The notes beneath the pieces were generated by a model. That model had not been told where the DNA came from. It made no database searches and was given only the letters and a program-made list of their open reading frames with translations. A DNA stretch of 64,000 nucleotides from Candidatus Versatilivorator sp. (GTDB lineage: Bacteria > Acidobacteriota > Terriglobia > Versatilivoradales > Versatilivoraceae), in the NCBI GenBank assembly GCA_965207735.1, contig OZ242296.1, positions 480,001 to 544,000 of the forward strand, read 5' to 3'. Of the stretch, positions 39,424-47,143 are shown one piece after another. How positions within the stretch are numbered: the first letter of the stretch is position 1; the number at the start of each line of letters is the position of its first letter. The translations under genes and the position numbers were made by a program.

Positions 39424-39683
39424 AAGGCAGTGGAGAGTGGAGAGTGGAGAGTTGTCAGTGGAGGGTTTCGGGAGCGGCCAAGCGCCTTGTGAGGTGGTTG
39501 CATCCCCTAAGCGGCTACGCCAAGATCAACAAGATGCTTGACGTGTCGATTCATTCAGTCTCCACCTACCTTGTTCCCGATTGGCCATAAAGACTCGTTG
39601 TTTCACTCTCGTATGATCCGCCTGGCAAGGCGGGAACCCGGCCAACGACTAAAAACTAGACACTAATCACTCTCCACTGCCTT
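39424..39683. repeat. Heptamer-array-flanked cassette, copy A
   Basis: Perfect 16-bp IR AAGGCAGTGGAGAGTG / CACTCTCCACTGCCTT; five AGTGGAG-type 7-mers at 39429-39463 and five complementary (C)ACT-type 7-mers at 39647-39681. Confidence 0.85.
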
Positions 39684-40503
39684 GAAGATTTCGGCCACCG
39701 TCATCACGCTCAACGAGGAAAGGCATCTTGGGCGCTGTCTGGAATCGGTTCGTGGCGTCGCCGACGAAATGATCGTGGTGGATGCCGGTAGCCAGGATCA
39801 GACCTGCGCCATTGCTGCTCGATGGGGCGCCCGTGTCATCGAGCGCAATTGGACCAACTACTCCGACCAGAAAAACTTTGCGGCCGCACAAGCCTCCCAT
39901 GAATGGATCCTCAGCCTGGACGCCGATGAGTGCCTCGGCAAACCGCTTAGACAGCAACTGCTGGAGCTGAAGACCCATCCGAAGCCGGCCAACGCCTACG
40001 AGTTTCCAAGGAGAACCTGCTACCTCGGTCGCTGGATTCGCCATTGCGGCTGGTATCCCGACCGCAAGCCGCGTCTGTATCGGCGCCAGCACGGGCAATG
40101 GGTCGGTGAATTCGTCCATGAGCATCTTTCCTGCGACGGCCCCGTGGCCCGCCTGCAGGGCGACCTTCTTCACTACACCTGCGATTCTGTTTCCGACCAT
40201 GCCCGTCGGGTGGGGAACTACACCAGTCTGGCGGCTCGGGATCTCCAGGCCAGAGGAATAAGGAGCGGTCCCCTCAAGATCCTGGGTTCGCCTGTCGCCG
40301 CCTTCTTGAGCAGCTATTGCTTCAAAGCCGGCTTTTTGGACGGATTGCAAGGCCTGTTGATTTCGGTCTTTGCCGCCTACTACAACTTCCTCAAGTACTC
40401 CAAGCTCTGGGACCTGCAGCGGTCCCCGGCGCCCGGCCAAGCGCCCGGAGCGGAACCCGCGGACACCTGGGAAAGCCTCCCGCCGAAAGGCCGCAAGGAT
40501 TGA
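39682..40503 (+). CDS. GT2 glycosyltransferase (WaaE/KdtX-like, LPS core)
   Basis: ISATVITLNEE, VDAGSQD, WILSLDADE, GWYPD, VHE, GFLDG; TTG start. Confidence 0.9.
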   Translation: MKISATVITLNEERHLGRCLESVRGVADEMIVVDAGSQDQTCAIAARWGARVIERNWTNYSDQKNFAAAQASHEWILSLDADECLGKPLRQQLLELKTHPKPANAYEFPRRTCYLGRWIRHCGWYPDRKPRLYRRQHGQWVGEFVHEHLSCDGPVARLQGDLLHYTCDSVSDHARRVGNYTSLAARDLQARGIRSGPLKILGSPVAAFLSSYCFKAGFLDGLQGLLISVFAAYYNFLKYSKLWDLQRSPAPGQAPGAEPADTWESLPPKGRKD

Positions 40504-40576
40504 ACGGGCGCGTGTTGCAGTTCCGGGGCTTCAGGGCAGGCGAGGATCTCCGAATGAGGGGACCGGTTCATTCACC

Positions 40577-41665
40577 ATGAGGATCCTTCACCTGGATTCG
40601 GGACCCACTTGGCGGGGTGGCCAGCAGCAACTGCATCACCTGATGGGAGGGCTGAGAAGAGAGGGGATTCAGCAATTCCTGGCCGCACGCAGGGGAGGTC
40701 CTCTGGCGACCCGTGCTGCCGAACTGGAGGTGCCGGTTCGGGGACTGTCCCTGTCCTCCGAGTGGGACCTCGTCTCACTGGCGGGCCTGGCCAGGCTGGT
40801 TGGCCGTTTCCGACCGCATCTGATTCACGCTCATGATTCTCGGACACTGGGTCTGGCCGTTTGGCTGAAGACGTTCGGTTGGAGAGGCGGAGTTGTGGCT
40901 GCCCGCCGGGTTGCCTTCAGCATCCGCCCCAACCCCTGGTGGAAGTTCAAATATGCCCGACAGACCAGCCGGATCATTGCCGTTTCCCGCTACGTCCGTG
41001 ATTTGCTCATTCAGGAGGGTCTGGATGGGCGCCGGGTGGAAGTTGTATACGATGGCGTGGACACCGGGCGGGCGCTGCCGGAGCGAAGGTCCGAAACGCG
41101 GAGACGCCTGGGCTCGGCCGGCGCCGAGTTTCTTATCGGATGCGTCGGTCACTTGACTCCGGAGAAGGGTCATGCGTTTCTGATCCGAGGGTTTTCAGAG
41201 ATCCTGAAGACCCATCCCGACTCCCGGCTTGCCGTTGTTGGAGAGGGACCCCTCCGAGCGGATCTGGAACTGTTGATCCGGGAGCTGGACCTCCAGGGTC
41301 GCGTCGTTCTGACGGGATTTGTCTCCGACCTGGATGACTTGCTGCCGGGATTCGATCTGTTGGTGCATCCGTCTCTGGCGGAGGGTCTGGGATCGGTGCT
41401 TCTGCAGGCCATGTCCCACCAGGTTCCCCTTTGCGCCAGCCGCACCGGCGGGATACCCGAGGCGGTCATCGATGGAGAGACCGGGTTCCTGTTTTCACCG
41501 GGCGATCCGGAGGCCTTGGCGCGGTCGGTGTTGCGAGCCAGAAGCAATCCTGACCAGGCGCGTCGGCAGGCTGCGCAGGCGTTCGCCAGGGTGCGGTCGG
41601 ATTTTTCGGTGGAGCGGATGGTGGCGGAAACCTGTCGGGTTTACTCCAATATTCTCAACAGTTAG
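40577..41665 (+). CDS. GT4 glycosyltransferase
   Basis: WRGGQQQ, PEKGH, EGLGSVLLQAM, GGIPE. Confidence 0.9.
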   Translation: MRILHLDSGPTWRGGQQQLHHLMGGLRREGIQQFLAARRGGPLATRAAELEVPVRGLSLSSEWDLVSLAGLARLVGRFRPHLIHAHDSRTLGLAVWLKTFGWRGGVVAARRVAFSIRPNPWWKFKYARQTSRIIAVSRYVRDLLIQEGLDGRRVEVVYDGVDTGRALPERRSETRRRLGSAGAEFLIGCVGHLTPEKGHAFLIRGFSEILKTHPDSRLAVVGEGPLRADLELLIRELDLQGRVVLTGFVSDLDDLLPGFDLLVHPSLAEGLGSVLLQAMSHQVPLCASRTGGIPEAVIDGETGFLFSPGDPEALARSVLRARSNPDQARRQAAQAFARVRSDFSVERMVAETCRVYSNILNS

Positions 41666-41682
41666 ATCCCGTTGATTCATCT

Positions 41683-42519
41683 ATGTCATTAATGGAATGG
41701 GTTTTCATCTCCCTGGGTCTGAAGATCGGCAGCTTTCTGAACGTTTGTATTGTCAGAATACCCCGCCAGCAATCCATCGTGTCGCCCAGGTCTTCCTGTA
41801 CACACTGTGGCCAGGCCGTGAAGCCTTATGACAACATCCCTCTGATCAGCTTCCTGCTGCTGCGCGGAAAGTGTCGGTCTTGCAAGGGAACCATCTCCTG
41901 GCAGTATCCGGTGGTAGAGGCACTGACGACAGCCATCTACTGGGGCACCTTTGTCAGTTACGGGCTCCAGTGGAAGACGGCGGTGCTGCTGGTCTTTTTT
42001 TCGGCACTGATCGTGCTGGTTTTCATAGACCTGAACCATCGCCTTCTGCCGGACGTCATCACCCTGCCCGGGATTGCGCTCGGGATCGTCCTGAGCCTGC
42101 TGGTCGGGATCGAGGACGAGGCTGGAACCGCTCTGGTACAGTTGGCAGGGTTGACGGATTCCAGCGGCCGCTGGGGCTGGCTGGCGGGTTCGCTGTTGGG
42201 AGCGGTTGTCTGCGGCGGATTTCTCTGGCTGGTCGGAGCCGTCTACTTCAGGCTGAAAAAGGTTGAGGGACTGGGGGGCGGCGATCTGAAGCTGATGGGC
42301 ATGGTGGGGGCCTTTCTGGGGGTGAAGCTGGGTCTGTTGACCATCATGCTGGGGTCCCTGCTGGGAGTTCTGATCGGCTTGGGCTACATCAAGATGACCG
42401 GCAAGGACTACCGCTATCCGCTTCCCTTCGGATCCTTTCTCGGAATGGCAGCCATCGGCGTAGCCCTTTGGGGGCAGCAACTGGTCTCCTGGTATCTCGG
42501 GATCACCGGAAGGCTTTGA
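41683..42519 (+). CDS. pilD: Prepilin peptidase / N-methyltransferase
   Basis: GSFLNVCI.R, CTHC/CRSC zinc sites, FID, GLGGGDLKL, PFGSFL. Confidence 0.94.
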   Translation: MSLMEWVFISLGLKIGSFLNVCIVRIPRQQSIVSPRSSCTHCGQAVKPYDNIPLISFLLLRGKCRSCKGTISWQYPVVEALTTAIYWGTFVSYGLQWKTAVLLVFFSALIVLVFIDLNHRLLPDVITLPGIALGIVLSLLVGIEDEAGTALVQLAGLTDSSGRWGWLAGSLLGAVVCGGFLWLVGAVYFRLKKVEGLGGGDLKLMGMVGAFLGVKLGLLTIMLGSLLGVLIGLGYIKMTGKDYRYPLPFGSFLGMAAIGVALWGQQLVSWYLGITGRL

Positions 42520-42532
42520 ACTCGCAATTGAC

Positions 42533-43840
42533 TCACTTGAGCTTGGTGAGTTGCCGGTAGGAGAGCCGGGCATGCCGGAGGGCCTGAAACTGGGCTGACA
42601 CGATCCGGGAGAAGTAGTGGATTCGGGTGCTTTCTCCCTTGATAACCGAGGGAGCGCCTCCCTTTTTCGGATGTGAAATGACCGCTCCCCGGATGCTGAT
42701 CCCGGTTCCCGAACCCACCGGGTATCCCTCGAACCTCAACCGGCCGTTGGCAATGATCACTCCCTCGTAACGGAACGAGCCCCTGACCGTCAGGTCTCCG
42801 TTGACAACCAGGAATCCCTGTCCTTGGGAATTCCCCGACACCCTCAGGTCCCCGTCGGCGAATGTCGGGACCCTGCGGTCCCTACCGGTTCCACCGAGCC
42901 GCAGGTTGGTTCCCGAGTAGATGCCCGAGGAAACGGTAACAGCCGAGTCCACCCTTTGAATGGGGATAGACACCGGAGGTTCAAACAACGCTGTCAGAGC
43001 GGCGATGTTGTGGCTTGAGGATGAGGATGAGAGGATGGCGGGTGCACCGCGGACCGCGCTTGCATTCCCGAAGACTCCGTCCCGGGTGTCGATTCCGGCC
43101 AGGTCGCTCCTGCCGTTTCCGTCGTTCCCGATGATTTTGACGGCACCCAGCAGCCGCACTCCGGTCTTGTTGTAGAGCGCGGCCGAAAAGGGAGGCATCG
43201 GAGGCCGGGCCAACTCGGTGCGCACCATCTGCCTGGAACCGGAGGGGTCGGTAGCCATCCCCGTCAACAGGTAGACCGGCGAACCGTAGTGACCGGCCCG
43301 CGACCCCGCGAATTGAAACGCTTTCAACCCCGGGGCGCTGTTGTCATAGCCGTAGGCAACCACCTCGCTGTTGTTCCGCGAATCGCCATCGAGTTCATAG
43401 CCCGCCCGCTCTTCGGTCTTCCGGCAGATCCGGACCCAGGCAAATCCCACGCCGGCCAGGTTGGAATCGATGAATCGGGCCGAGGTCATCCCATGGGTGC
43501 CGTAGGAGGGGTCAAAGTAGGGATTGGTGCCGGCGTTGCCGGCGGTAGGATCGACGGTGCTGTCCCGGCGGAGATAGACTGCTTCGTGCTCGGCTACCGG
43601 CAGGGTCTCCGGGAGCCTGGAGCGGCCCTCCTCCACCGCCGACTCGGCGAGATAGCGGTTGACCAGGCGGGAGCGCAAATTGTAGTTGATCAGGGTTTCA
43701 GTGGTGGTGACAAAGGTCGCGGTCAATCCGACAAGAGTCAGGATGGCAAGGGCCATCAGGGCGGCTACCAGCACCATACCGCCTTCCGGCCGGCCGGAGG
43801 GTCCTGACCGAAGCGCTTTTCCGTCAATCATCGGCTTCAT
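42533..43840 (-). CDS. PilX-like minor pilin
   Basis: PEG-GMVLVAALMALAILTLVG (no Glu5, typical of PilX/GspK), YLAESAVEEG, beta-rich C-terminal domain. Confidence 0.75.
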   Translation of the reverse strand: MKPMIDGKALRSGPSGRPEGGMVLVAALMALAILTLVGLTATFVTTTETLINYNLRSRLVNRYLAESAVEEGRSRLPETLPVAEHEAVYLRRDSTVDPTAGNAGTNPYFDPSYGTHGMTSARFIDSNLAGVGFAWVRICRKTEERAGYELDGDSRNNSEVVAYGYDNSAPGLKAFQFAGSRAGHYGSPVYLLTGMATDPSGSRQMVRTELARPPMPPFSAALYNKTGVRLLGAVKIIGNDGNGRSDLAGIDTRDGVFGNASAVRGAPAILSSSSSSHNIAALTALFEPPVSIPIQRVDSAVTVSSGIYSGTNLRLGGTGRDRRVPTFADGDLRVSGNSQGQGFLVVNGDLTVRGSFRYEGVIIANGRLRFEGYPVGSGTGISIRGAVISHPKKGGAPSVIKGESTRIHYFSRIVSAQFQALRHARLSYRQLTKLK

Positions 43841-44475
43841 AGGTTGAATGGCTTTACGCGAACCGACCGACTGACGGTCCGATGGTGGCCGGAGGGCAGA
43901 TCGGAGGCCCGACTGCGAAGGGTGAGGTCAATTCGGACACTGGCCGCCTCGGCCGCCCTTGAGGTGACGTTCCCGGAAGCGTCGAAATAAGAGAAACGGC
44001 AGCTTTCAACCAGGCGGGAGAGCATTTGGGCGGGACCGCCGGGCAGGGTCCCGGCATCGCCTATGGGTCCGGCCCTGCGAGTCAGAGTGAACGGGGGCGT
44101 TGCACCCGACACCGCGTACTCGACGTAATCCACTTGGTTGTCGGTGTTGATGTCTCCGGTGAACACCAGCCTGTCGGAGCGGCTCTCGGCCAGGATTCCC
44201 CTGGATACCAGGTTCAACTTTGCGGAAGATCGCAGATAGTGGCCGTCATAGGCGTTGGGAGGCGGAAAGCCGGCCCGACCCAACTCCTTGACCATGAGGG
44301 TCAGGGTGTCTCGGAGTTGCCGATGAATCTCCGATTCCTGTCGTCCGCGCATGGAAACTCTGCCTCCCTCCAGCAGAGTTGAGAGAACCGCTCCCAGGAT
44401 GGCGCTGACCAGTCCCAGGACAATGATCAACTCGAGCAGGGAAAATCCCCGGGCATTGGCTGGTGTATGGGCCAT
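43837..44475 (-). CDS. PilW-like minor pilin
   Basis: RG-FSLLELIIVL prepilin motif; KELGRAGF. Confidence 0.8.
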   Translation of the reverse strand: MAHTPANARGFSLLELIIVLGLVSAILGAVLSTLLEGGRVSMRGRQESEIHRQLRDTLTLMVKELGRAGFPPPNAYDGHYLRSSAKLNLVSRGILAESRSDRLVFTGDINTDNQVDYVEYAVSGATPPFTLTRRAGPIGDAGTLPGGPAQMLSRLVESCRFSYFDASGNVTSRAAEAASVRIDLTLRSRASDLPSGHHRTVSRSVRVKPFNL

Positions 44476-44485
44476 GGGGCGCCGA

Positions 44486-45031
44486 TTACAGTCCCAACGC
44501 GGGAGCGGTGTAAAGCCTTACGATTCGCATGTTGACCGGGTGGAAGGAGGAGCGGCCGCCGATCTTGCGGGTGGCGCCGGTGATTACTTTGCGACCATCG
44601 AAAGTCCGGACGTGCCAGCGGGTTTCGAACTCGATTCCAGTCGGGCTGAACGAGTGAAGCCTCACCGTGGTGGTCCTGGCGTGGGAGGGAGAAGAGGGAG
44701 CCGAGAAGTCGATTTCGTGGTCCGGGGTCAGCGATTCGGTTGAATCGGCCAGCCCGGCATGATTCAGCGGCAAGGACTTCAACTCCTCCAGAGTGGACTG
44801 CGTCATTCGGAGGGCAGTCGCCTCCAGTGTGGAGCTAAAATGGCTGGACAGGGCCAACAGCAGCAGGGAGGCTGTCGCGAGCAGGCCTACGGTCAGGACT
44901 GCCGAGGCAATCAGCAGTTCCAGCAAAGTGAAGCCGCTCTCGCGCGGTCGACCCGATACCCTCCGGCGAGGGAACCGTTCCAGTGACCCCCGGCCTGTAT
45001 TTGGGTGCCATAAGACGTGAGCTGCGTTCAC
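44486..45031 (-). CDS. PilV-like minor pilin (start uncertain)
   Basis: SG-FTLLELLIASAVLTVGLL, LEELK; nearest in-frame start is GTG 45031. Confidence 0.75.
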   Translation of the reverse strand: MNAAHVLWHPNTGRGSLERFPRRRVSGRPRESGFTLLELLIASAVLTVGLLATASLLLLALSSHFSSTLEATALRMTQSTLEELKSLPLNHAGLADSTESLTPDHEIDFSAPSSPSHARTTTVRLHSFSPTGIEFETRWHVRTFDGRKVITGATRKIGGRSSFHPVNMRIVRLYTAPALGL

Positions 45032-45116
45032 TAAGGTCTCAAACGTTCCTGTCCGCCGGACCCATGATAAGGCAAGCGGCCGGATTGTCAATACCACTGG
45101 AAGCATTTGCTGGGCG

Positions 45117-45686
45117 TTGGGGAAGACATTGTTTCATCTTACTGATAATAAGGGCATTAGTGTCTTGGAAACCGTGGTGGTGGCGGGCTTGATCCTGATT
45201 CTGCTGGGGCTTGCGCTTCCCGGTCTCAGCCGCTATTGGGAGGCCAATCGGTTGAATTCGGCGGTTCAGACGATGCTTTCCAATCTGGACCGGGGCCGGT
45301 ATCGGGCCATCGCCAGGAACCGGGAGGTGGTGGTGCGATTCCAGCCGAAACAGCGGTCCTACCTCCTGTTCGAGGACCTGGACGGCAATGGCCTGCGGGG
45401 GCCGTCGGAACCGTTGCTGGGAGCCTATTCGCTGCCGAACCAGGTCAACTTCGACACCTCCGGGCTGAGCGGCCCTCCCGCCGCCACGACTCCCCGGCCG
45501 CTGGCGGATCCCGTCACCTTCGGAGGGGATCGGTTCACCTTCAATCCCGAGGGTTATTGCAACAAGATGGGTACCGTTTACCTGCAGAACGCCTCCGGCG
45601 ACGCCGCGGCCATCTCCTGCTCCCTGCCCGGAGTCGGGCGCCTGCGCCGCTATGGATGGCATCGAGCCAAGGGGGTCTGGGAATGA
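45117..45686 (+). CDS. FimT/GspH-like minor pilin
   Basis: KG-ISVLETVVV, RYRAIARN, DLDGNG, FTFNPEG, GTVYL. Confidence 0.8.
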   Translation: MGKTLFHLTDNKGISVLETVVVAGLILILLGLALPGLSRYWEANRLNSAVQTMLSNLDRGRYRAIARNREVVVRFQPKQRSYLLFEDLDGNGLRGPSEPLLGAYSLPNQVNFDTSGLSGPPAATTPRPLADPVTFGGDRFTFNPEGYCNKMGTVYLQNASGDAAAISCSLPGVGRLRRYGWHRAKGVWE

Positions 45687-45688
45687 GC

Positions 45689-47143
45689 CTATGTAAGCAG
45701 CTTGGTGATGACCTTGCCGCCGACGTCGGTCAACCGGGCGTCCCGCCCTCGGAACTTGAAGGTCAGCTTGGTGTGGTCGATTCCCAGCAGGTGCAGGATA
45801 GTGGCCTGAACGTCGTGCACGTGAACGACGTCCTCGACCGGTGAAAAGCCGATTTCGTCGGTCTTGCCGATTGTCTGTCCGGGCTTGGTCCCGCCGCCCG
45901 CAAACCACATGGTGAAGGCATCGATGTGGTGGTTGCGACCGATGGTGTCGCGTACTTCTCCCATCGGAGTCCGACCGAACTCGCCGCCCCATATCACCAA
46001 CGTCTCGTCCAACAAGCCTCGCTGCTTCAAATCGCGAATCAGCGCGGCGATGGGTCGGTCGACATCCAGGCACACCTTGTCGAGACCGTTGTCCAGGTCG
46101 GCGCCGGCTCCCCCGTGATGATCCCAGTCCGTGTGGTAAAGCTGGACGAAACGCACGCCCCGCTCGACCAGTCGGCGCGCCAGAATGCAATTGTTGGCGA
46201 ACGACTTGGCGCCGGGTTCGGCCCCATACATTTGGAGCGTGGCTTGCGGCTCGGTGGAGAAGTCAATCAGTTCGGGACCGCTGACTTGCATGCGGTGAGC
46301 CATCTCGTACGCTGAGATCCTGGTGGAAATCTCCGGGTCTCCGACCTGCCGAAGCCGCATGCGGTTCAGGTCGAGGATGGCATCGATGGTCGCCTGTTGT
46401 TGTGCCGGACGGAAACCCGGGGGATTCGACAGATTCAGGATCGGGTCCCCTCCGCTCCGGAAGGGCACCCCCTGATGGGCCGTCGGAAGGAATCCGCTGG
46501 ACCAGTTCAGCGCCCCGCCACGCGGACCTCGCCGGCCCGACTGCAACACCACGAATCCCGGCAGGTCCTTGGATTCGCTACCGATGCCGTAGCTGATCCA
46601 GGAACCCATGCTGGGACGCCCGAAGATCGGAGTGCCGGTATTCATCATCACCTTGGCCGGCGCATGGTTGAAGTTGTCGGTGTGGACCGATTGGAGGAAC
46701 GCCAGGTCGTCGACCACTCCCGCCGTGTGCGGGAGGCATTCCGACACCCATGCACCCGACTGGCCGTAGCGCTTGAAGGTCCGTTTGGCGCCCAGCAGCT
46801 TGGGTGGATCCTTGGCGAAGCTTTCCATGAAGGCGAAGCGCTTGCCTTGCATCCAGGAGGGGGGAATGGGTTTGCCGTTCAACTTCTGCAGTTCGGGTTT
46901 GGGTTCCCACAACTCGAACTGGCTGGGGCCGCCGGCCATGAAGAGGTAGATGACGTTCTTGGCTTTCGGTGCGACATGCAGCTTTTCGAGGGCGGGTCCG
47001 TTCCTTGTCGAACCGTACAGCGAATCACCCACGAAGAGGGCAGTCAACGCCGTCTTGCCGAGACCCAAGCCGCATTGCTCGAAGAAATGACGGCGCGTGA
47101 TGGTGTGCAGGACTCGCTCTTCCAGCTCTTTGGAATGCATCAT
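45689..47143 (-). CDS. DUF1501 domain protein (Tat substrate, sulfatase-like fold)
   Basis: ITRRHFF twin-Arg motif, AKNVIYLFMAGGPSQ, ARRLVERGVRFVQL, WDHH, WGGEFGRTP. Confidence 0.92.
   Translation of the reverse strand: MMHSKELEERVLHTITRRHFFEQCGLGLGKTALTALFVGDSLYGSTRNGPALEKLHVAPKAKNVIYLFMAGGPSQFELWEPKPELQKLNGKPIPPSWMQGKRFAFMESFAKDPPKLLGAKRTFKRYGQSGAWVSECLPHTAGVVDDLAFLQSVHTDNFNHAPAKVMMNTGTPIFGRPSMGSWISYGIGSESKDLPGFVVLQSGRRGPRGGALNWSSGFLPTAHQGVPFRSGGDPILNLSNPPGFRPAQQQATIDAILDLNRMRLRQVGDPEISTRISAYEMAHRMQVSGPELIDFSTEPQATLQMYGAEPGAKSFANNCILARRLVERGVRFVQLYHTDWDHHGGAGADLDNGLDKVCLDVDRPIAALIRDLKQRGLLDETLVIWGGEFGRTPMGEVRDTIGRNHHIDAFTMWFAGGGTKPGQTIGKTDEIGFSPVEDVVHVHDVQATILHLLGIDHTKLTFKFRGRDARLTDVGGKVITKLLT

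Noticed and set aside
39424-39683. Possible CRISPR array from the short repeats here and at 6852 and 61868
   Set aside because: Units are 7-10 bp, tandem and without spacers; no cas genes.
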